Part shown: positions 11,671 through 24,614 of the stretch, in pieces
How the letters are laid out: each line of letters opens with the position of its first letter
Numbering within the stretch: position 1 is the first letter of the stretch
NCBI GenBank assembly: GCA_040437565.1
Contig: JBDOQK010000012.1
Location: 62,001 to 126,000, forward strand
DNA length: 64,000 nt
From: Albugo candida
Lineage: Eukaryota
Direction of reading: 5' to 3'
Made by a program: the position numbers and the translations under genes
The notes under the pieces: model-generated
Told to the model about the DNA's origin: nothing
Database searches by the model: none
What the model saw: only the letters and a program-made list of their open reading frames with translations

Positions 11671-14600
11671 ATGAGTGCCAGCCAGAGGATGTATGAGGAG
11701 TTGGAGAGAATAGCGTCTGACTCTGAGGAGCCCAAAACAACCCGAGCGTTCCGGCGATTAGATCCAGCGGGACCATTCAATGGGAGCTTACGGATGAGAG
11801 ATCGCGGAGGATGACAGAGGATTATGAGATGACGGACGTCTCGGGAAATACCAGGATATCGAATGCACCCCAGCTTCCAAATCAACTTATGTATAGAGGA
11901 GAGAAAGCAAAGAATTTCGTGGAGCGTTATCAAGATTAATACAACACGCTGCTGGCGTTCGAAACATGTGTGAACAAGCCGTTCGTCCTTCCAGTATCAG
12001 CGTGCGTGGATGTATGGACGAGAGAGCAAATTTTGAAGCTCGAAATGGAAAAAGACCCGACGGTAGTTACCGAACAAGGCTGGAAACTATTTTCGAGAAG
12101 TGGGAGAGCCGGATAATGGGGATTTGTCAAATATCGATAAAGAAATGCGTAGAGTTAGGATGGATACCACGCTAACGGATGCAGGATCAAGAATATCGCG
12201 GTTGCGAGACCAAATGTATAGAATCCTGGATCAACACGGAGTGCAAGAATACGTGGAACATGCGGATCCAAAACGCATTGTCAAGTGGATGGTCGATGCT
12301 CTGGAACCTCCGGCATTCAAGAGAAAAATTGTGGAAAAACTCGAAATGGATATTCACAAAGCAAAGAAGAAAAACGCTGTGATCTTTTGCAAGTGATGCC
12401 AGGAGCTGCTGAAAAGTTTCATGGAATGGGAACTGGATACAATGAAGGAAGATATGTCACAAAGATGTGAATCAAAGGATGTGAAGGCAACCAGAGGCGA
12501 AAGGCGCACGAACTTCCGCGAAAGAATAAGGGATAATGATTCCGGTACTTTCCGCCAGATACGAGCTGAAAAAACTATGGGTAATAGCTCGAGCGCGCGA
12601 ACACGTTTTAAGTGTTTGAAGTGTGGAAGTTCGGAGCGTTCCGTTAGAAGCTGTCCGAAGTGTGGCCCTGGAGAAGCGGAAATACTACTGAAACAACGCA
12701 AATCGCAGACCGAAAAAATGGATGTTGTTTCAAGAGTACAAAAAGCAGCTAGTCAAGACTCCAGCGGAGAGGTAAAGACCAGAGTGGATAGAATTGCGAA
12801 GGTGAACACATTATTGGATTCGGGATCGGATTGTCGCATGGCATCAGCGGGTCTGGTAAAAGCACTTTCAAAGGAGAAATTTCTTGCGATCAAGGAACTA
12901 AAAAGCCTAGTGAAAATCGAAACCGTGGGGCAGACACCGTTGTGGGTGAAAAGAAAAGTTCTACTGCAGTGTGTTGAGTTTAGCACAAGTGGAGGGCCGC
13001 TGGTGTGGAGAAATCTGGAAATGCTCGTAAATGAGGAAGACGAGTCGATGTCAATAATAATGGATAGACATTTAATGGAGAAGATGGGCTATTCAGTGAT
13101 GGTGATTCTGGAAGGGGCCAGAAAAAAGCAGAGCATATGGTATGAGGAGAAGGAAACAAAACACACTACTCCGGGGTGCAACTCGCTGCAAGTTTGCGAA
13201 GATAAACTCTTCGAAGATGAACCCAGCGATAAGAAGGAAGAATACTTATTTACACCAGAAGTGGAACCAGGAGATACACAGAAGGATCGTATTCATACCA
13301 TCTTGGAGAAGAAAGTAGCAGAAGCAAAAGTCGCAGGTGCCCAAACTGAATCGGTAGATCGTTTGAGGGACTTATTGTTCAAGTATCAGGATGTGTTTCG
13401 TGTAGAGTTTGCCGTGGATCCTCCGGTCAAGGTTAAACCTCTCAAGGTCAGATTAGAGGATGGTTCAGCCGCTATTATGGCAAAATCCAGGCGATATCCA
13501 CCTCTTCATAGGGATTATATGGATACACATTTATCGGAATTAATGACGGATGCCGTTGCTTATGCGCAACAGGTGGCTGAAGAAGTTATGAAACTAGTGC
13601 TCGGGAAAGGGGTTCACGCATGGTTGGACGATGTTCTCGGATATGCAAGTACAGATGCGCAACTCCTGGATATATCAAGTGTGGTATTACAGAGATGCAA
13701 TACGTACGGTGTCAAACTAAACCCAGAAAAATGTGCATTCATCGCATATTCAACAATGTGGTGTGGGGAGAAAATTTTAAGTGAGGGGATAAGTCACTGT
13801 GACAGTCGCGTACAAGGCCTGTGTGAACTGGAGACTCCAAAGACGGCAGCGGAGCTGCAGCAAGTTTTGTGTGCGGTTCATTGGATGCGAAACAACATTC
13901 CAAACTATACCACATTGGTGAAAGATCTACATGAAGTTCTAGAAGCAGCAGTAAAGGCGGCGGGTGGTCGAAAAAAGAGAAACCTCATCCATGTGCTATT
14001 AGAAGACGACGGATGGACAGCTAAACAGGATGAATGTCTCACAAATGTGAGGAAAGCATTATGCGAAATGGTGTCTCTGGCACATCGAAAAGAAACATGG
14101 GATGTATGTGTCTATTCGGATGCATCGCAAGATCAATGGGGAGCTATAGTTACGCAGTTTGCTCCAGGAGATTTGTCCAAACCAAGAGCGGAGCAGGACC
14201 ATTTCCCTTTGGCGTTTATCAGTGGTTCATTTCGAGGGTCGATGTTGAGATGGGCAATCATCGAGAAAGAAGCCTATGCAATAGTGGAAACCTGTAAAAG
14301 ATTGGAGTATTTATTGCTGAGAGCATGAGGCTTTCATATCTTCACGGATCATAGAAACTTACACTTCATCTTCGACCCAAAGAGTATTGATAATAATATG
14401 GCTCGATATAGAGCTGACAAGCTACAGCGTTGGGCCATGGTGTTACAAATGTTTCGATATATTGTGGAGCATGTGACCGGTACAGAATTCATTTGGGATG
14501 ACCTACTATCCAGATGAGGATGCGGAAGCAATGAAGTTGTAAAGTGGGAAAAAACGAAATGTTGTGTATTGGCAGTTGTCGACAATATCTCGCCGCTACA

Positions 14601-16115
14601 AAGTAACGAGTTTGAATGGCCATCGCTGGAGAAGACGAGAGAGATTCAGCAAAGCGATATAGAGACACATAGCGATCCAAATCTCATAATGGATGCCCAG
14701 AGGCGGCTTTGGAAGGATGAAGGTGGACGTATATGGATACCGGACAATGCTATTCAATTGCAAACGCGAGTGTGTGTGGTAGCGCATGCTGGACCCGCCG
14801 GTCATCGTGGAATTTATACGACCTTCGACATATTATCGAAATATGTGACATGGAAAACTATTAGAGCTGATGTGAAGAGCTTCGTAAACAAATGCTTGCA
14901 TTGTTTCGTGGCAAATGGACAAATATGTCCGCGACCATATGGGGAAACACTACATGCGACGAAACCAAATGAAGTTTTACATTTTGACTTCTTGTCGATG
15001 CCAAAAGGTTTGCAAGGCTACAAGTATGTACTCGTCTTAAAAGACGATATGAGTGGTTTCTGTGAACTTTTCCCAGCAACAGTGGCGAATACGGAGGTGA
15101 CTATTCAAGCATTTATAAATTGGTTCAAGCGATATGGTGTCGTCTTCTTATGGGTTTCGGATCAAGGATCGCATTTTAAGAATGCAGTTATGGAGAAGCT
15201 TCGAAAAATTTTGGGGGCCCAACATCATTTTGTAACGGCTTATTGTCCGTGGGCAAACGGCACATTTGAGGTAATGAATCGGCAATTATTGAAGTTGATG
15301 CGGTCATTATTGAGTGAGCAAAAACAACGGATTGTAAATTGGCCAGGTTTATTATCACTATGTCAATCTTCAATAAATCAGCTACCGTCACGTCGACTTG
15401 GAGGAATTGCCCCTGTCACGGCTTTCACTGCGTTGCCACAGAAGGACCCAGTCAGCGTACTGTGTCAACCATCGGTATTACAAGGCATCACCGCGTTTAC
15501 CGAACATGACCTAAGTGCAGTTCAGCGTCAGCATGGGTCAGAATTGCAGGGTACATTGGATGGTATGCACAAACAGTTGTCGGAAGCTTCTCGTAAAAAG
15601 AATGCAGCTGCACGGCGCAGACACGCACAGAAACATGGCGTTTCTCCCGTGAACTTCGAAATTGGCGATTTCGTGCTTGCGGGACGTGTTACAAGGCGTA
15701 CTAACAAATTGATACTTCAGTGTTATCGAGTGGTGGCGATGTTAAACGGCTGGACTTATGACGTTCAGGTATTGATGGCGCCATTCAGTATCATCACAAG
15801 ACATGTCAGCAGGTTGAAGGTTTTTCGAGAAAAAGATCTGGGGTCTCACAGGACTTGACGGGCTACATCGTGTACGCGAACGGTGGACATTTAGTGAGCC
15901 GTTTCTTGGACTGCCGTCTCAATTCGGATACCCATCAGTGGGAGGTGCTCGTGCAATGGATGGGATTGGACGACTCGGAAAATAGCTGGGAGCCAGCCAG
16001 TGTCCTTCTTGAGGATGTCCCGACCTTATTGCGGAAGTGGGTTTCCAACGAGCCGAAAGCGACCGCAATGCGAAGTTTCATCCTCGTTGAAACTTCAAGA
16101 AGGAGAGGGAAATGA
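11671..16115 (+). pseudogene. Gypsy gag-pol pseudogene
   Basis: In-frame TGA stops (e.g. 12394, 14326, 14516), frameshifts (in gag and ~15855), and loss of the N-terminal RT motifs between YPPLHRDYM and DAVAYAQ. Confidence 0.9.
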
Positions 16116-16370
16116 TGAGTTAGGTAGTACCGTTTACGTATCTAGTTAGGAACCGGTTACATCTCCAACGTATTGGGTTCGGAACTGGGCTGATATCTTT
16201 CTAGATATCGGTCCAAGGTATCTTATAGATTTACGTAAGGAGAGAACTTAACAAAAAATATACGTACTTTTCATCAAGAAAGCAAGAGTCAACCAAGCTA
16301 TCGACGAAGTTGTTGTCTGGATTGCTTGACGGAGGATTTGTGCGAGACAAATCACGACGAAGACACAACA
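16113..16370 (+). repeat. Gypsy 3' LTR (258 bp, TG...CA)
   Basis: Follows the PPT, ends in CA, and is followed by the TSD ACTCG. Confidence 0.93.
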
Positions 16371-17385
16371 ACTCGACAGGTGAAACTAAACGCGTTAAAA
16401 ATGTTACAGTATAAGTTCCAAGGTAGACTGTGGCATTCATCCGGTAAATGCCGATCCTCCAAGTGTTTTCGGCATCGACCTTGCAGAAGTACTTTAAAAC
16501 TTTGACGTAGTCTAGCTGTAGATCATTCTATTCCATCCTACGGTATTCCTTTTTGCAGCACAGCTTTGCTGCTTCTCGTCATAGACGATATCACTCTTAC
16601 CATTCGAGAAGTCGAGAACGTTTATTTCTATTATTTACTTTTGCTTGCTCACCTTAAAGCCGTTTCTCATGGCCTTCCTGTCTAATTATGTATGCAATGT
16701 GGCATCTCAACGGTGTGATTCTGCCCCTGGGGAAGTTTTTGTTCATCACAAAGCGGGAATCTAGGCACGAAGCTCAAAAGAAGCAGAATTTGCTTGTCTA
16801 TTGGCCTTCTTTTTGACACTGTCCAAATGGCATCTCATAGAAACCTTGACTCCCTGATGGCGGATCATTGAATTTGGAATCACAGGCAAATTGGTTGTTA
16901 AATTTCGGAGGCATTCATTTCATATATTAAGAGAGCTAATGCATAATTTGACGCCGTGAAGCGCACGATGCATCTTCTGCTAATCGGTACTCGGTTAGTA
17001 CTTATTCCACCATGGACGTCTCCAAAAAGCTCGCGAGATCGAAGGGTCAGACAAGGGAACCGAACATCTGTGCATGCTTCTATCGTAAAAGCTAGGATAT
17101 TTGCTGATCCACTTGCGCATCAGATCAATCCTAATCGACCACGTCTATCACACAATCACATCTCCAGATGATCTAATTAAGCACGCGCCTAGACCCATAC
17201 AGCGAAAATTGAATGCATTCTGTGAGGTACATGTGACTTCTAACAAGCCCATACTTGATAGGAACGCTGTTTCTCATGCATCTAGCCGGTAAGCAAAACT
17301 TCAGGTAACAACATTTGACAATCGTGTAGAGTTAAGGAATCGATGATTCGCATTGAAAGAACATTTTTCTTTGCGATCAATCTTT

Positions 17386-19058
17386 TTACTCTAGAAATGT
17401 TATTCCTATCATCAATAAAACGCCAGCGATAAAAGCGAACACCTCTTTCACAGTTTGCCAAATAGAGCAATCTTCTAGCAGCTGTGGAAGAATACTTGAA
17501 CAAGCAATGTATATGAAACCACCAGCAGTGAATGGAGAAATCCAAGCGGAATCAGTATCTCCAGCACTTTCGATAAGCAATCCTAGTACTGTTCCAATCA
17601 TGGCTCCCAGTGCAGTCAGAACTTGAAGGTAGATTGCTTCTCGACGCTTAAACCCCGACTGAATCAGGATTGCAAAATCCCCGAGCTCGTGAGGCAGCTC
17701 ATGCAGTAGAATTGCTATTGTGGTTTGCCAACCGCTTCCCCGCAGGAATGTCGCGCCTATTGCAAGCCCATCAGTAAAATTGTGGGAGAAATCTGCAACA
17801 AGATTCAAATATCCACTTGCTGCGATATTTCGCGTGTTAGGCTCCATTCGAGCAGACTGATTGAGGTTATTGACCTCGACATTGATATCCGCTTTGCATT
17901 TTGAAAGTCGTCTGGTGACGGAGGACAATGGTGGTGTAGTACCAGATAGCTTCTCGGTATGATCTGGTTTATTTACTGAAACGGAATCGATTACTGAATG
18001 AGAATGAGATCCATGTTTGAGTCGTACCACTTTATCTAGAACAAAAAAGCCCACAATACCTGCAATCGTCCACAGCCAAGCCCTCAGGTCTGACAGAGTG
18101 TGACTATGCTTATAGTTCAATGAAGTTCCATGATCGGAGAAAGATTCATCGTGATGAGTATGAATTGACATAGAGTGAGGCATAAGATGTAAAAATGCAT
18201 CTCCTAGTAATCCACCTGCTGTAAATCCCAAAAACGCCCGCAACGAGTTTTTTTGCTCAAGCCTGGAGCCAATCCCAGTCGGTATGAAGATGAGAAATGC
18301 TATTGGAACGGATCCAATTATAACGGTAGCCATAACTGCTTCTAACCACACACTCAATGNNNNNNNNNNNNNNNNNNNNNNNNNNNNNNNNNNNNNNNNN
18401 NNNNNNNNNNNNNNNNNNNNNNNNNNNNNNNNNNNNNNNNNNNNNNNNNNNNNNNNNNNTCGATTACTGAATGAGAATGAGATCCATGTTTGAGTCGTAC
18501 CACTTTATCTAGAACAAAAAAGCCCACAATACCTGCAATCGTCCACAGCCAAGCCCTCAGGTCTGACAGAGTGTGACTATGCTTATAGTTCAATGAAGTT
18601 CCATGATCGGAGAAAGATTCATCGTGATGAGTATGAATTGACATAGAGTGAGGCATAAGATGTAAAAATGCATCTCCTAGTAATCCACCTGCTGTAAATC
18701 CCAAAAACGCCCGCAACGAGTTTTTTTGCTCAAGCCTGGAGCCAATCCCAGTCGGTATGAAGATGAGAAATGCTATTGGAACGGATCCAATTATAACGGT
18801 AGCCATAACTGCTTCTAACCACACACTCAATGCATATCGTGTCAATTCGATTTTTTCATCCGGATGATGTTGATGATGTTTGGATTGTTGCTCCTGTTCC
18901 ACAAAATCTGCCCTGTTCTCAACAGATTTAACTGGTAGATTTCTTATTGCTTCGTCTTCAAAAGCGTTGTCTTGAATGACATTAGACCCTCCATTGGTAC
19001 CTAATATCATCACGAGAAGCGCACCTATAACAAACATGTGGAATTGTCTGCCTTCCAT
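17386..19058 (-). CDS. ZIP7: ZIP (SLC39, LIV-1/ZIP7-like) zinc transporter; one gene split by a gap with false duplication
   Basis: Signal peptide, His-rich segments, GGLLGDAFLHLMPH, GYLNLVADFSHNFTDGLAIG, LLHELPHELGDFAIL, FTAGGFIYIA. About 18460-18832 repeats about 17988-18359. Confidence 0.92.
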
Positions 19059-19726
19059 AGTTGTGGTACACAGGAACGATGAATCAGAATATCCTCAGAT
19101 CGAGCTTGCGAATGTATCTGATAATAAGAGAATAAAATTTTTTTCCAAAACATGAAAATCAAGGAGGCATTTCGTGTTTCGCGATGTTGGCGAAAGGAAA
19201 CAAAGCTTGTTTGTCTATTTATGTGAGATCGGCTCGATCAAAGCAGGCTGTGATACACAAGTATCGACAAAAATAGATCTCCTGGTGAGCTTCGTATAAA
19301 CCTCGCTCAACTCGAAGGATGCAATAACACGCATTATTTCGTTTCATAATCAAACAACAATCTGATCCCCAATGTTAATGTTGATGCATTCTAATATTTG
19401 GTATGACACCTTGTCGTTGTTTACCAAATACTTTGCTGGTCTCGAACATGAACATATATGCCTGACAAATTGGAGGTGAAGCCCTCCAAGAAAATGCTTT
19501 TATTTCTCATTCCAGCTATGATGTACCGGCTAGTCCGTGTTACGATTTTGAATAAAGGTGTTTCCTTTTTCCCAGAAATTCTGAACAAATAAGTGAATCT
19601 TCAGACTGAATTGATTGAAAATCATACGTGGCGTCGAACCAGCTACTTACTGTTGACAAAGCTGAAAGCCTAATTTATCGTCACTATGTCGCACAGAATG
19701 TCATTAAAGCAAATTCAGTAAGCAGA

Positions 19727-22458
19727 TCATCCCTTAAAATCAAACCTACGAAGCCCAAACAAGCATAAAGCTTTTGCGCAGGCGGCCTCTTGGGCAGCAG
19801 ATACAGAGATTCCTCGCCCTCTTGCGACCATGAAATCGTTTACATACAAAGCTACTGCAAAACGACCGTGGGAGTCAGCAGAATTGATGCGAAGTCTCTT
19901 GAATGTACACCGAGTGCGTTTGCGGTTCAGTTTATCCCATGAAAGCAGATAACGTCCGAACGATTGTATCGGACTCTGCCACTCGCGCCTTTCGATCACT
20001 GCAACAATATCATCCAACATAACACGTTTTAGCATTTGCGTGACGAATGCCAAACTACCGTCGTTCTCCAGGAATAAGAATCCCAAAGTTGCATTAAAAA
20101 TTCGAACAAGTATATCAACATTGATATCTGTTTCTTCTTCCGGGTCGTCAGAAAATAAAGGAAGCAAGTGAAGAAAACCTGCCTTTCTGATTGTTGCGAG
20201 CCGTTGTTCATTATTTGTGGCGCATGAATGAACTCGGGGTAGCAGTTCATCTTTGGAGCATGGAAATGCGTGGATCAGAAAAACTGCTACGACCATATCA
20301 ATCATCGCTTCTCCAAGGTGCATTATCCATAAAGACTCCATAACTTTGATTGAACGTGCCGTAACCTCTAAATTCGACCAGCAATTTTTGATGTTCTGAA
20401 TCCAATGACTGATCCTTACAATCTTCACATCCGTAAATGTGGTGAATTGTTGGTGAAATGCATCTGTATACGTGGACTCTATAGATCGTTCTAATTGAGA
20501 ATTTGAGCTATTTCTCACAACTTTTATGATTTTCTCGACTCGAGTGAAAGCTAAGCGGAGTTTTTCCGCATTCGATTTTTCTGAAAACTCGATCAAGAAA
20601 GCTTGACAACGCTCGATTCCAGATTCCAAGTAGATTGCGCCGATCAGCGCTTTAATGCAATTTTCAAGCATGCTCTGCTTGGTTTTGCTACAACATGGAA
20701 AGGAGCTAAACACAGCGTGCAAAGTCAACAATTTTTGAGCTCACCTCTTCAATGTGGAAAGATCAAACGCGCTCTGTAGAATAGAGTCCATACCCGCTGA
20801 TTCAGCAATATATTTCACTGTTGCATCCAGGGTACGGATCGATAATTCTTCCGCATGATTTTCATATACGTCCGTTGTGTCGGTATATAAAGAGGATGCT
20901 GCTAGGAATTTGAGCACTTCATTTCCGAGAAATGCTAAGCGGTCTTGAGAGCATGGTTTGATTGCAGCTGAATCTTGCCTGTGATTCTGCTTTGTGTGAT
21001 CACGATCATTGTCAAATTTTACAAATTTTCGTTTTTTTAAGTTGGCTTCTGGAATGAATATGTGTCCCATCCGAACTCTTGCAATCGTGGCCTCTACAGT
21101 ATTGACGCTTTGCATTCCTACATCGAAGAAGGAAGTATGTGTGCAGGCACGAAGCATCAAGGCCATATCTCTCGGTAAGCTCTTGAAGTTTTTTGTGAAG
21201 CTAAAAGTGAGTTTACAGTGCCGAACGTGCTTGAGAATTACTGGCATTGCTGCCCCGAGCTCAAATACATCTGTACGTAGACCTGTCAAGTTGCACAGCT
21301 CAGGATCCAACGAATGAGTCTCTTTCTCTACTTTTGGAGGTATCTGAAGAAATGGTCCTTTCTCTTCCCATCTAGTGATAAGTTTTGATTTACTGGATCC
21401 GTCGGAGCCTTTTCCAATATGTTGCAAATGGATAGATGGTAGTGATTCAGCATCTTCACTACTCTTCGGGAGCTCGCTGTTCAAATCTTTTCGATCTTCA
21501 TGTTCCAATTTGGCAGAGCAGCCTTTTTTTACAACAGCATCAACACGAAATGCTGCAGGCTCACCATTCACCCGAGTCGAAACAATACAATCAATCAGTT
21601 GGGAAGGCTTAAATTCCGCGAGAAATGCGGTTGCTGCAAATCTGGAAGTCATCTCTAAATATTCCAAAATTCTTGTCAAAGGCAGTAGGGAACCAGAACC
21701 AAAGCCAATTCGACGAGGATCATGCAAAGCTTCCATATTCTCTACAGTTGCATTCGTGACAAGAATAAAACGTGGAATAATATGAAAATCTGCCACTTCA
21801 TCCACGTGCCCAAACGGAAGATCATCTCGACGTGAATATAAATGCATGGGTTGAATACCAAGCAGCTGAGCAAAAATATAATGCTGTAATAAATACAGTG
21901 CTCTGCTTTCTTGTGGTTTTATGTATTGCCTCTCGTCGTTCTCACCTTTCAATGACAATAGAGCCGATGGTATATCTTCCGGTATGTATGTTATTTTACA
22001 TTTGATGTCGTGGCGAGTGTACTCGAGCTACAATAAAAGATCTGTGATCAGTACTGGTACGGTATTATGCGAGGTTAGCGGCAACCCCGACTTTAAAAAA
22101 ACATTGCGTACAGCTGGAATCTTCGGAGGCATCTCGTTTTGATTATGATACAATACAAGAAAGCCATCGAAAAGATAAACTTCATTGCTGAATCGGAAAG
22201 CTGTCTTCTCCCCACAACGTGGATTTGCTACATTCAAGATAAAGAAATCTCACGTCTGATCGAAGTTGTATAACAAAATGTTGATGTACCTTCCGCTTCC
22301 CACTTGAGACGTAAGCCCATCAGAGCATCACAAGAAGACGATACGAAAAGGAGATCATTTGTAATTCGTTTTTGTCCATCAATATCAATAGCATTCGCTC
22401 CATATACTGCGCTCATGTGATGTGACGTAGTTGTTCGATCGCCATTATTGCATGACAT
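19727..22458 (-). CDS. DCL2: Drosha-like double RNase III + dsRBD protein (oomycete DCL2-type); catalytic residues degenerate
   Basis: Drosha platform/connector motifs: YLFDGF, FHIIPRF, TGLRTDVFELGAAMPVILKHVRH...RACTHTSF. RIIIDa DRLAFLGNEV / ENCIKALIGAIYLESG. RIIIDb HLGEAMID. C-terminal dsRBD FAVALYVNDFMVARGRGISVSAAQEAACAKAL. Introns at 22228-22289, ~22028-22110 and ~20690-20744. Confidence 0.85.
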
Positions 22459-22494
22459 AACTGAAAATACTGAAAATTAACGATATCGACTCAA

Positions 22495-24414
22495 ATGGAG
22501 GCAAGTCCAAGCGATCAAAATGAGAGCTTACGATGTGGTATTTGCAATCATACAGGACCCATAAATAGGAATCATCCCGTTCAATGCAGAGAATGTGGCA
22601 GAGCTGTACACATAAGACACTGTTATGAGACAACAAACGAAATTTGGACGTCTGGTGAACGTTGTGATGAATGCCGGTACCCTTCTGTACAAATTAGACG
22701 AAAATGTCTTCTGTGTGACACGGGATCCACGGACATAATGTGTTATATCCAAAATGTAAACAAGCACATTGAAAAATTTCAAAATGAATCGGAAACAGGA
22801 ACCTGGTGTCATGCTCTCTGCTTTCACTGGTTGGAGTATACACGAAACATTGGGTTTGATGATACATTGTTTTCGTCAGCCGATCAAGAATGTGCATACT
22901 GCTCGTCAAGTTCGGGTCATGTCATAAAGTGTTTCGGAAAAGACTGCGAGCAGTACGTTCATGCACTTTGTGCACAAAATAATGAGGCTTTAATAGCACG
23001 GCCATGGAAGTATAATTCTGACATTCTGTTACACTATGCGGGATGTAAGAGGCATAAAAAACAACGATATACTACAGAATCACTGTGCAGATTATTAGGA
23101 AGTTCACAAGTGCAACGATGCTTGGAGGCCGATACTGTCAAATACCTGACGACAATTGAAGAAGAAATGCTAGCTGTGCATGATACTGAGGCTCTATTAG
23201 TGCTCTTGCGAAGCATCACAAGTCGGGTAGAATCCGATTGCACTTCTCTCAAGTCGGAGGATGACAATCGGTATGATATCCGACGCTTGCAGCTTCTCTA
23301 TTTAGTGCTCTGTAAAGTCGAAGAGATTGGAAAGGCATACGGAATACATCGGAAATCTCTCGGTGTCAGTAATTTCTTGAATTCTGCTGATCTAGCAGAT
23401 ACGTTGGTGTGCTTGTTCGATCCCGCAACAAATAGACCAGATCATACAGGCCCTTTTAACTTGATCGACCCATGCAGAGTATGCAAGAAGCCATTTTATC
23501 AACGTCATCACGTATTCTATTGTCTCAATGAAAAGGAACCACATTCGCAGCACTGGAAGTGTACTTTGAGCAAGACAGACGATCCGAGCCCAACGCTTCG
23601 CAAAGGGAAAAGCATCAAATCGAGTGCTGAAAGAGCTGTGAAGTCTGGTGGCACTCTAATCATGGAGGTGGGCACTAACAAATTGTCACAATTCCCAGGA
23701 CCGATTCCGCACTCATTGAAACAAAGTCACACGTGCGGCATCTGCGGATCTCTTATCGACCCAAGATCGCTGTTGATGTCTTCAGAAGATGAAAACTTTG
23801 TGCAGCGGTATCAAGCGCAGTCATCTCGGTACCAGTCATCCGGAAGAAATGTCAATTGTTCACCTGACTCAAAAAAGGAAAATCGGAAAAGAATAGAACA
23901 GATGGTTGAGGACGGTGAGGACACCCTGATAGCATACTCCAAACGAACCAGAACGAAGGAGATTGGTGGCGGAACCTCAGAGGAACATCGACTACAACCT
24001 CCCCAGAAGTTGGAACGAGTTAATATACAACGCACTACTAAGTGGATTGGAAATGTCATCGCAATAATACAGCTTTCCGTTATCAAGTCAGAAGTAAAGA
24101 TGATTGAGTCTGAACAGGCTACAACCTCCAAGTACGCGATCCGCTCGGAAGCGTTAGATGCAAGCATTGAGAGCTGCTATCAACAAGCCTTGGAAATCGC
24201 AAAGACTTGTGATACATACGCTTTCACGCAACTACAAAAGGCGCATGAAATGCTCGTAACCGGATGCGGTCTTGCGATCGCAATGCTGCATACATTGTTG
24301 AAAGAATATACTTGCGCGATCTATGCAAAACACACAAAAGCTGTAGAAAAAGTCAACCATGAAAAGAAGGTAAAGACACCAAGCGATAGAGCAAAGAAGC
24401 GAACGAGAAAGTAG
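22495..24414 (+). CDS. PHD-finger / extended-PHD (PZP-like) chromatin protein
   Basis: CGIC...CRECGRAVHIRHCY...CDEC, CLLC...WCHALC, CAYC...IKCFGKDCEQYVHALCA...C..H, plus a further CxxC...C...HWKC finger. The 3' end may include another exon. Confidence 0.85.
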   Translation: MEASPSDQNESLRCGICNHTGPINRNHPVQCRECGRAVHIRHCYETTNEIWTSGERCDECRYPSVQIRRKCLLCDTGSTDIMCYIQNVNKHIEKFQNESETGTWCHALCFHWLEYTRNIGFDDTLFSSADQECAYCSSSSGHVIKCFGKDCEQYVHALCAQNNEALIARPWKYNSDILLHYAGCKRHKKQRYTTESLCRLLGSSQVQRCLEADTVKYLTTIEEEMLAVHDTEALLVLLRSITSRVESDCTSLKSEDDNRYDIRRLQLLYLVLCKVEEIGKAYGIHRKSLGVSNFLNSADLADTLVCLFDPATNRPDHTGPFNLIDPCRVCKKPFYQRHHVFYCLNEKEPHSQHWKCTLSKTDDPSPTLRKGKSIKSSAERAVKSGGTLIMEVGTNKLSQFPGPIPHSLKQSHTCGICGSLIDPRSLLMSSEDENFVQRYQAQSSRYQSSGRNVNCSPDSKKENRKRIEQMVEDGEDTLIAYSKRTRTKEIGGGTSEEHRLQPPQKLERVNIQRTTKWIGNVIAIIQLSVIKSEVKMIESEQATTSKYAIRSEALDASIESCYQQALEIAKTCDTYAFTQLQKAHEMLVTGCGLAIAMLHTLLKEYTCAIYAKHTKAVEKVNHEKKVKTPSDRAKKRTRK

Positions 24415-24614
24415 ACCAGCTCAGCTTCATGTAAGAATTACCGAGATGGCATCCTTGTGCCAGCAATGAGCACTTCCGCTACGTATAGTTAAAAATACTT
24501 TACATGCGTTATCAATGAGCGACCTCAAGAGTAACTCCCTTCCAGACGCTTTAAGACTGGTGATTCCCAGCGTCACCTGCGCTATCAGTGCACCGACTAC
24601 AAACTCGAACTGTG

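Larger units (their letters stand above)
11158..16370 (+). mobile_element. Full-length but defective Ty3/Gypsy chromodomain LTR retrotransposon
   Basis: Both LTRs start TGATGAGTTAGGTAGTAC (11158, 16113) and end GACACAACA (11601, 16370). 5-bp TSD ACTCG at 11153-11157 and 16371-16375. PPT AAGAAGGAGAGGGAAA precedes the 3' LTR. Domain order gag-PR(LLDSGS)-RT(WLDD)-RH(YSDAS, EKEAYAI)-IN(HHCC, HFDF, SDQGSHF)-chromodomain(LVQWMGLDDSENSWEP). Confidence 0.95.

Noticed and set aside
17386-19058. Two tandem ZIP transporter genes
   Set aside because: The two ORFs overlap in identical sequence on either side of a 100-N gap; they are one gene.
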